A stretch of DNA of 24,832 bases from positions 1-24,832 of the forward strand of contig JBGCDR010000435.1 of the NCBI GenBank assembly GCA_045105515.1, in the 5' to 3' direction. Source of the DNA: Oligoflexales bacterium. Its GTDB lineage: Bacteria > Bdellovibrionota_B > Oligoflexia > Oligoflexales > Bog-1112. Under the pieces are notes generated by a model. That model did not search any database. It was given only the letters and a program-made list of their open reading frames with translations, and had not been told where the DNA came from. Each line of letters opens with the position of its first letter. Position 1 is the first letter of the stretch. This document shows, in pieces, positions 18,801-24,832 of this stretch. A program made the position numbers and the translations under genes.

Positions 18801-21800
18801 CATTTAAAGAAGTCCAAAAACAAACGGCAGATGCCCATGAAGCTTTCCAAAAATCTATGAGCGAAGCTCATTTGGCATATTTAAAAAGTGCTGAGGAAAG
18901 TTTTAGGGGATTAGCAAGCCTCTTGCAAACCCGTGAACAGCCTGTGACGCAAACACTTAATTCAGATAAGCTTGGTGGAAGTGCAGATAGTTTTGAGCTT
19001 CAATTTAATACAGACTCAAATGTTCCAATTAGAGAACAAGAAAGCGAAATACAGGATTCTTCTTCCAATGAAACTCACTTAAACCATCAGGGAAATGCCC
19101 TTGAGGCCTCTCTTTTCGAAGACTTGCCGATACCTCCTGTGCGGAGAGGAGGCGTGGTAAAGATGGGCCAAAGTGCAGAAAAATTTTCTGAATTCCAAGT
19201 TGAATTGCCAGAAGATTTGGCTCAAGAAATGATACCTGGGTCTGAGTTTCAGCTTAAGCTTAAGCAAGATGACAAGGGTTCTATTATTCAAGGAGCGAGT
19301 AAATCCGATGTGAAGACTCCAATTGAAGTGAAAACTACTGCAATGCAAGCTGTGAAAGCTGAAATATTTTCAGATATTTCCGAAAAAACGGGCTATCCTT
19401 TTGCTATGCTTGACCTCAATCTAGATTTAGAGAATGATCTGGGTATTGACCCAGGAAAGAAGATAGATATCTTATCATCACTTTCTGACAAGCTTATTCT
19501 CAAATCTGGAATGAGTTTAGAAAAAATCAATCAAGTGAAGAACCTGAGAGATGTCTTGTACTTATGGAGTGCAAAAAAAATATCTGAAAATAAGGCAGAC
19601 ACTAAAGCGGTTGAGCTTGAAAGCGAAAAAAAAAAATTCCAAAATCAAGGTTTTGAATCCTATCTTTTAAAAGATGAGAAGTGTTCCGAAGGCGTTTTAG
19701 AAGATAAGCCTGGAAGTTTGCCATCAGTTTTTTTCAAGCACGTGCTTACCATGATACCTGTGCAAGCCAGTGGCTTGGCCCAGCTAGGTTTGTGGTGGCC
19801 TAAGAATAAGTATAAAGTCCTTGTTAGCGAAAGTGGCACAAGCCTCAGCTGGATTTTCTGTGATTTGCTAAAGAGCAAAGGCATCAATGCTGTACTTGGT
19901 AAGAGTGTGCCTGAGGATACGAGGGCAGTGATCTTTTTGGGCGGTCTTCGGCCAGCTACAAGTCCCGATGAAGCAATTTCTGTAAACGAAGAATGTTTTG
20001 CCTTAGCAAAGGATGCAGCTACAGTTTATGGCGGAGAAACTGGAGCATTTATAACTGTTCAGGATACAGGAGGCCGATTTGGTTTTGAGGCACATGATCC
20101 TATACGCTGTTATTTATCGGGTTTGCCAGGCATTAGCAAGTCTTTACAGCAACAACAAGCTGCTTGGTCTGTAAAATCTATTGATATTAATCAAGGGATG
20201 AGTAGTTATCAGGAAATTGCCAAATTCTTGTTTGATGAGCTGGCTTTCGGAGGCTCTCAGCTTGAAGTAGGTTTGCAAGCTAACAAAGTAAGAGAAGTTT
20301 TAACTGCTCAACCTGTGTCGCAAAAACATGGTAAATCTTTGTTAGAAACTGGCGACCTTGTATTAGCAGTATTAGGAAGTTGTGGTATTACAAGTCAAGC
20401 AATCTCTAGTTTTATAAGCGGCTGCAAAGTTAAATTAGTGCTGATTGGCAGGAGCAAGCTCCAAGCAGACCCAACGTGGGCCACAGGAGTGAAAGAGGTA
20501 CAGCTGCTGCGAGAAGCTGCAATTAATGACGCATTAGGAGAGGGTCGAAAACTCGCTCCTCTAGAAGCTTCAAGGGCAGCGAAAGAGATAGTAGAGGCAA
20601 GAGAGGTTCGAGAAAATATCTCTAAGTGGCAGGAGCAAGGTCAAGAAGTTCACTACCTTTGCTGTGAGGGGAGAGATTGGAAAACCATCAGCAATCATCT
20701 GGAGCAAATACGAGAAAAATGGGGACCCATTAAAGGTTTGATTTATGGGGGAGGGCTTATGCTCGACTCCATTCTTCCTGATAATTCCCTGGATGAGCTT
20801 CGCCGTGTTTTTGATAGCAAGGTAAAAAGTTTCGTAAACCTTCTTGAGTTGACTAAGGACGATCCCTTTAAATTCCTTAGTGTCTTTACCTTTGCAGACT
20901 CCCATTTTCAATTCACTGGACTGGCTGATCATGCTATGGCAAATGAAGTGCTCAATAAAATAGCCCTAAAAGAATCTAGAAAACGTGGTCCCAGCTGTTT
21001 GGTTAAAGTGATTCTCTGGGAACCTTGGGATGAGAGTATAGGAACAGATACTATGAGCCTTCATGAAGGATCGAGAACTAAGCAAATTCCCCTATATCAA
21101 CGGGCTCGATGGTTTAGAAATGAAATGAGTATGGAAGAAGAGACAGGGGTTCAGCTTATTCTTGGTCTCAACCATTCGAGCTCTATTCCTGTTGAAGAGC
21201 TTGGAATGAATTTGTACTTAGATTCTGAAAGTCATCCTTTCCTAAAAAGTTACATGATAGATGGAAAAATTGTGGTTCCGTTGGTCATGGTTATTGAATG
21301 GTTTCATCGCTTGATAGAACCTTTACAAAAAGATTATCAGTTTTACAACCTGGACAAACTCAAAGTTCATAGAGGCATTATTCTTGAGAATTTTTCCACA
21401 ATCGGAGACTGCTTTATCGTTAAAGCTAAATGTGTTGAAAAAACAGATGCTCTTATTTTATTTGAAAGCCAAGTTTGTAGCCTGGAAGGAGAGGTCTTAT
21501 ACAGTGCTCAAATCGAAATGACGAAAGAAGGGCTGGAGTTTCCAAAAACCTTGGACCTGTCTGGCTTTGTCAAGCAAGATATTGATGCAAAGCCTGGTTA
21601 TGGCGATGTACTTTTTCATGGTCCTGATTTTCAAGTCTTACAAGCTGTAGGACAAGTTGAAAAGGAGGGTGTGCAAGCTAAGGGTGCTGAACAAGAGGAT
21701 TCTCATTGGGAAAGCGATCAATGGTCTACCAACGCAGCAGCCTATGACGGTGGTTTACAACTAGCACTTCTCTGGTCTTCTCATGTTTTGGGAGTAAGTA

Positions 21801-21991
21801 GCCTACCGATGGAAATTTCGAAAGTTCGCTCTTTTGTTAGGGTTCCCAAGAAGGGTTCTTTTAGGTGTGTTTTGAAACGTCGGAGTGTTGATGCAGGACA
21901 GGCGTGTTCTGATATGTACTTCCTCGACCAGTCGGATCAATTATTTGCAAAATTTGAAGGTGTTTCCACTTTTCGCAATGAAGGAGCTTAA
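15818..21991 (+). CDS. pfaA: PfaA/Pfa2-like PUFA-synthase-type iterative PKS subunit (KS-MAT-ACP-KR-DH); KS, ACP, KR and DH active sites degenerate, AT intact
   Basis: IAIVG start, Pfa-type KS segment LQRPIW...YTAWQENS, FSGQGSQY/GHSLGE/GFHS (AT), SEKTGYP...DLGID (ACP), VQDTGGRFG and AMANEVLNK (KR), LFHGPDFQ/DGGLQ (DH). GAAGGA RBS favours ATG 15818 over 15794. Confidence 0.9.
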   Translation: MNQDISSQIAIVGIDAIFPDSIDACGFWKDILQGQAAHSSLSDEHLFSEEKNNWNSLADKNKVSLEFGQVFSPKKSLQGILTSENRDLFENLQNLALTVAQRVLEDCYGPKIKGCDRSKISLILGFTSAREFFEQVISKLQRPIWEHSLSRAGITAEQSTKACDLISSYYTAWQENSIPEFIGNVLVGQITERLNLKASQCVVDTANDSSLAAIFMAVQELRLNSSDLVICGGINTMNEIMQMSSLNPAAKLSEGRGSYPTIDDNFDLTHEKGLGMFAFKRLADAQKDEDAIYGVIKGLGFTSKSENKKASGILFQTYHDALRNAHREAGYEPSSVGLLEIQRVSENAGEKTEFHALLQAYSECSEQGTLPYYTLGSVLPYQGGAYTSGVAGFFKVLMSLHHQVLPPCHHLGSDSAFTVHKDGFYSKLKARPWFINNFHEKRRASISSFSNEGDNYYLTMEEYGSSLGNQNNLLRSWPCELLVWGARNDDLLIEELNACLAELKEMDEQGLTWFAYESQEAFDPSNASRIAIVAKDLNELSEKLRKAIKGLISGSAEDTGCQGLRLGHGHQDHKIGLLFSGQGSQYCEMGRELAIYLPKLFASWQDQLACLPEAYSEQLIGKIFPKVFSDLSSDEESLCAENLRDSKWSQAAIASLSLAMMDFLRSLGVSAHAAGGHSLGELMALYAGGSLDAKAVMHIAESRGLFMSELAAGGTGAMLAVFAPEEAIKICLEGLVLQDCYFASYNAPKCQVMAGSKEAMVILEQELHKKGIVSKFLAVGAGFHSSMLTDLVPAFEESLKSITFSPLKMKVYSGRFASPYPKDPIEIPTLLASQLAHPIRFQSMVEAMNQEGCNIFLEIGPKQSLSKLLDKILVGRPFTACAIDSSPSESGLAKFLDLVGLLLSKGVKINTEVLWEAYRIPNKPEMSKKGEIIANEVNTKAAEVIEKPIYKDSVSPEKPQSKPSIDQSVAKEKIMPKQEEPVEESSVQASDFLEAFKEVQKQTADAHEAFQKSMSEAHLAYLKSAEESFRGLASLLQTREQPVTQTLNSDKLGGSADSFELQFNTDSNVPIREQESEIQDSSSNETHLNHQGNALEASLFEDLPIPPVRRGGVVKMGQSAEKFSEFQVELPEDLAQEMIPGSEFQLKLKQDDKGSIIQGASKSDVKTPIEVKTTAMQAVKAEIFSDISEKTGYPFAMLDLNLDLENDLGIDPGKKIDILSSLSDKLILKSGMSLEKINQVKNLRDVLYLWSAKKISENKADTKAVELESEKKKFQNQGFESYLLKDEKCSEGVLEDKPGSLPSVFFKHVLTMIPVQASGLAQLGLWWPKNKYKVLVSESGTSLSWIFCDLLKSKGINAVLGKSVPEDTRAVIFLGGLRPATSPDEAISVNEECFALAKDAATVYGGETGAFITVQDTGGRFGFEAHDPIRCYLSGLPGISKSLQQQQAAWSVKSIDINQGMSSYQEIAKFLFDELAFGGSQLEVGLQANKVREVLTAQPVSQKHGKSLLETGDLVLAVLGSCGITSQAISSFISGCKVKLVLIGRSKLQADPTWATGVKEVQLLREAAINDALGEGRKLAPLEASRAAKEIVEAREVRENISKWQEQGQEVHYLCCEGRDWKTISNHLEQIREKWGPIKGLIYGGGLMLDSILPDNSLDELRRVFDSKVKSFVNLLELTKDDPFKFLSVFTFADSHFQFTGLADHAMANEVLNKIALKESRKRGPSCLVKVILWEPWDESIGTDTMSLHEGSRTKQIPLYQRARWFRNEMSMEEETGVQLILGLNHSSSIPVEELGMNLYLDSESHPFLKSYMIDGKIVVPLVMVIEWFHRLIEPLQKDYQFYNLDKLKVHRGIILENFSTIGDCFIVKAKCVEKTDALILFESQVCSLEGEVLYSAQIEMTKEGLEFPKTLDLSGFVKQDIDAKPGYGDVLFHGPDFQVLQAVGQVEKEGVQAKGAEQEDSHWESDQWSTNAAAYDGGLQLALLWSSHVLGVSSLPMEISKVRSFVRVPKKGSFRCVLKRRSVDAGQACSDMYFLDQSDQLFAKFEGVSTFRNEGA

Positions 21992-21993
21992 AT

Positions 21994-24832
21994 ATGAGAG
22001 AAGTTGCTATTGTAGGACGCTCTTGTATTTTACCTGGAGCACTAGACCCCCAAAGTTTATGGAACTTGAGTACTCATCCAAAGGTTGTTTTTGAACCTTG
22101 CCACAGTGAAAATTGGCGTGCAGATTTAGATAGGATCTGCAGGAAGCAAGGCTTAAAGCGAATAAATATGCTAGGGTCTTATGTTCATGGTTTTGAAGAT
22201 CTATTCGATCCAGAAGTTTTTACAATGCCGCAAAAATTTGCTGGTGTATCTTTGGATCCTTTGCTTAAATGGGTCTTATATTCAGCATGGGAAAGTTTGA
22301 AAGAGGCTGGTGGGGACCGGGAAGAAGATAAAAAAAACTGCGCACTGATACTCGGAAACTTCTCTTTTCCTACCAGCTCTTTTTCTAGTTTCTATGAGAG
22401 CCAGTGGCTAGCTCAAAATGGTTTATCTAATCAGCAGCTAAATAAGCTAGGCCTTGTTCAACGAGATGCTAGTGAGCATTTAATCTCTCGTTTTCCTGCC
22501 CTGCTAGCAAAGGCAAGTTTAGGTCTTGGGGGACAGGCATTCAGTGTGGATGCTGCCTGTGCCAGTTCACTATATGCCATTAAATCTGCCTGTGATCTTA
22601 TTCAAAATAAGCAAGCAAAGCTTGTGTTAGTTGGTGGTGTCCACCAAAGTGACGACTTGTTTCTCCATATGGGTCTATCTCGCATCAATGCTCTTAGTAA
22701 GCAAGGCCACTGCAAACCGTTTCAAACGGATACTGATGGTTTATTGCCCGCAGAAGGTGCTGGATTTGTTTGTCTTATGGATTTGCAAGAGGCTGAAAAC
22801 CGTGGGTGTCAGATCTTTGGCCTTATCAAAGGAATAGGCATTTCCAATGATGGGCAGAGCCATGACTTTTTAGTTCCGCGAGCACAAGGACAAGCGTGCG
22901 CAATGAGGCAAGCATTTGAGCAAGCCTCATGTCAGCCTGAACATGTTACATATGTGGAGTGCCATGGAACCGGTACTCTTATCGGAGATGCAACGGAAAT
23001 TCAAAGCCTTAAGCAGGTTTATGGGTCGAGAAAAGATCCTTTATTTCTTGGGTCTTTGAAAGGGAACTTGGGTCACCTTATCTCAGCTTCTGGGATTGCC
23101 GGCTTAATTCGGATCACCGAAGCAATTAAAAATGCTCAAATACCCCCTCTGCCATTCACCGAAAATCCTATGATTCAATTTGAAGGGAGCCCATTTGAGC
23201 TTCCGGGGAAAGTGGTACCCTGGGAGTCTAGTAAGCCTCGGCTTGCTGGTTTATCAGCTTTTGGATTTGGAGGAAATAATGCTCATTTGATAGTTGAAGA
23301 ATACCAAAGGCCCGTAAAAGTAGAAGGAAAAAAATACCAAAAGACTACACTGACACCCTCTTTCCGAACAGAAGCAGTAGCTGTAGTGGCGGTTAAAATG
23401 AAGATTGGGGGCTATGAGCAAACTTCAAGCCTCGTGGAAGCATTATTTTCTCAGGGCCATTCTCCAGATCACTCAGACTTAAAAAAATGCAAATTAAAAA
23501 CAGACAAACTCAATTTCAATGCTAGTGATCTGGAATCTTCCTTAGGTCAACATCTGCTTGCTCTTGAGCTCTGCATGGAAGCGCGGGCAGAAATAGCCAA
23601 GTTGAATCTTGGTAAAACTGGGGTTGTCGTGGGAATGGGGCTAGATCCTAACGTTTGTCGCTATGGGTTTCATTTGCGCTTAGACGACTGGGCCACACGC
23701 CTTGAGCAAGATGAAGATTGGTTAAGAAATTCTAAGGAAAGAGTGGCCAGTGATATGTCAATAGAAGGAGTTCTTGGCTGCATGCCAAGCATGATAGCAA
23801 ATCGGTTTAGCAAACAAGAGGATTTTGGTGGCCCAAGTTATACAGTGAGTGCAGAAGAACATTCGGGTGGTGTTGCCCTTGATATTGCTCTGGAACAGCT
23901 AAGGAGGGGAGAATGGGATGCTGCTTTTGTTGCTGCAGCTGATCTTGCAAATGATCCTATCCATGAGGGTTTCTGCAAGTCCAATAACTTTGCAGGCTGT
24001 GATGGGGGAGCAGTGCTCGTCCTCAAGCGTTTCACTGATGCTATTGCCGATGGCGATCAAGTTCATGCAGTGATGGGCTTAGGTTTAGGTAGACATTCCG
24101 ACTTACTTGATTACTCGCTCAATCCCGATCAAGGGTTTAGTATGACTGAGAAATTTGGTCATTCTCATGCAGCTTCTGCTTTGATTCATGTAGCAGGTGC
24201 GGTGTTATCTCTTCACCATAAATTAAAACCTGGTGGTGACGCTTGGACCCTCTCACACCCTAAGCAATTAAGAGTCTGTAAAGTTGCTATTGAAAATATG
24301 CTAGGGGACACTTGGGCTTGTACTTTGAGTGAAGATCCAGCAACGAGTTGTATAGAGGCTCCTACTTTGCCCAAGGCTTCCCTAGAAGCTAACTCCCGCG
24401 AAACTCTTGAAATTCCGTATCATTGGCCTGCAATTCATCTCCCTCCCTTGATGTCAAAAGCCGTAGCAAGTTCCTTGTTTAAAGGAACGGAGGAACTTAA
24501 GACTGAGTCTAAAGTATTAGGTAAATCCGAACTGCCTTTAAACCTCAATAATAGAATTTTAGAGGTACATAAAGCTTTCTTAAACCAGCAAAAAAAGACC
24601 CATCAGTATTTTCTTGAATATCGGCAAAAATCCCTTGAAACTCTTTATTCAGTGCTTCCCAAGCGGATAATAACCAGTCCCGAAGGGACGTCAGAAGATC
24701 TCTCACAATCTCCGGTCATGCCCAGTCCCGAAGGGACGTCAGAAGATCTCTCACAATCTCTGGTCATGTCCAGTCCCGAAGGGACGTCAGAAGATCTCTC
24801 ACAATCTCCGGTCATGCCCAGTCCCGAAGGGA
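21994..24832 (+). CDS. pfaC: PfaC/Pfa3-like PUFA-synthase subunit (KS-CLF...), truncated by the window edge
   Basis: Hand translation of frame +1 from ATG 21994 (AAGGAG RBS 21981-21986) has no stop to the end: MREVAIVG, DAACASS (Cys 22558), ECHGTGT, KGNLGH, SAFGFGGNNAH, then a CLF with GPSYTVSAEEHSG. Confidence 0.9.
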   Translation, partial: MREVAIVGRSCILPGALDPQSLWNLSTHPKVVFEPCHSENWRADLDRICRKQGLKRINMLGSYVHGFEDLFDPEVFTMPQKFAGVSLDPLLKWVLYSAWESLKEAGGDREEDKKNCALILGNFSFPTSSFSSFYESQWLAQNGLSNQQLNKLGLVQRDASEHLISRFPALLAKASLGLGGQAFSVDAACASSLYAIKSACDLIQNKQAKLVLVGGVHQSDDLFLHMGLSRINALSKQGHCKPFQTDTDGLLPAEGAGFVCLMDLQEAENRGCQIFGLIKGIGISNDGQSHDFLVPRAQGQACAMRQAFEQASCQPEHVTYVECHGTGTLIGDATEIQSLKQVYGSRKDPLFLGSLKGNLGHLISASGIAGLIRITEAIKNAQIPPLPFTENPMIQFEGSPFELPGKVVPWESSKPRLAGLSAFGFGGNNAHLIVEEYQRPVKVEGKKYQKTTLTPSFRTEAVAVVAVKMKIGGYEQTSSLVEALFSQGHSPDHSDLKKCKLKTDKLNFNASDLESSLGQHLLALELCMEARAEIAKLNLGKTGVVVGMGLDPNVCRYGFHLRLDDWATRLEQDEDWLRNSKERVASDMSIEGVLGCMPSMIANRFSKQEDFGGPSYTVSAEEHSGGVALDIALEQLRRGEWDAAFVAAADLANDPIHEGFCKSNNFAGCDGGAVLVLKRFTDAIADGDQVHAVMGLGLGRHSDLLDYSLNPDQGFSMTEKFGHSHAASALIHVAGAVLSLHHKLKPGGDAWTLSHPKQLRVCKVAIENMLGDTWACTLSEDPATSCIEAPTLPKASLEANSRETLEIPYHWPAIHLPPLMSKAVASSLFKGTEELKTESKVLGKSELPLNLNNRILEVHKAFLNQQKKTHQYFLEYRQKSLETLYSVLPKRIITSPEGTSEDLSQSPVMPSPEGTSEDLSQSLVMSSPEGTSEDLSQSPVMPSPEG
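24674..24832 (+). repeat. In-frame 48-bp tandem repeat (at least 3.3 copies) encoding SPEGTSEDLSQSPVMP
   Basis: Units start at 24674, 24722, 24770 and 24818. Unit 2 differs at two positions. Each unit contains the hairpin GTCCC-GAA-GGGAC. The array runs off the window. Confidence 0.95.

Noticed and set aside
15818..21991. Calling the pfaA-like gene a pseudogene
   Set aside because: No stop or frameshift over 6.2 kb, AT motifs intact, promoter, RBS and tight coupling to the next gene retained. Early decay cannot be fully excluded.
1428..24035. Short ORFs nested in or antisense to longer genes (e.g. 1428-1679, 4809-5102, 6909-7238, 12384-12716, 20570-20932, 21885-22094, 22631-22837, 23838-24035)
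   Set aside because: Shadow frames of well-supported CDSs with no motifs; the last three overlap the unlisted PfaC-like frame.
24674..24832. Possible CRISPR array (repeats with internal hairpin)
   Set aside because: Units are contiguous with no unique spacers, are in-frame within a CDS, and no cas genes are present.

Overview
AT-rich bacterial window with no rRNA, tRNA, CRISPR array or transposase recognised. The left ~15.7 kb is an accessory region of mostly exported orphan proteins: two protein-kinase-like enzymes, two or three papain-fold enzymes, a DUF4157-type HExxH protein, a large two-TM lipoprotein, an EEP-superfamily lipoprotein with circularly permuted motifs, an orphan sugar-binding protein and a degenerate receiver domain. 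Two of these genes appear split by a +1 frameshift at or next to a GGG run. The right ~9 kb is a PUFA-synthase-like (pfa) operon. Its PfaA/Pfa2-like gene (KS-AT-ACP-KR-DH, ~2060 aa) is an uninterrupted ORF in which the key residues of KS, ACP, KR and DH are all substituted while the acyltransferase motifs are intact. It is followed 2 bp later by a PfaC/Pfa3-like gene, absent from the ORF track because it runs off the window, with an intact KS triad, a CLF and an in-frame 48-bp tandem repeat resembling an intergenic palindromic element at ~7.8 kb. Gene style suggests a Bdellovibrionota/Oligoflexia-like organism, but that is only an inference. All domain calls come from reading motifs by eye; no searches were run.
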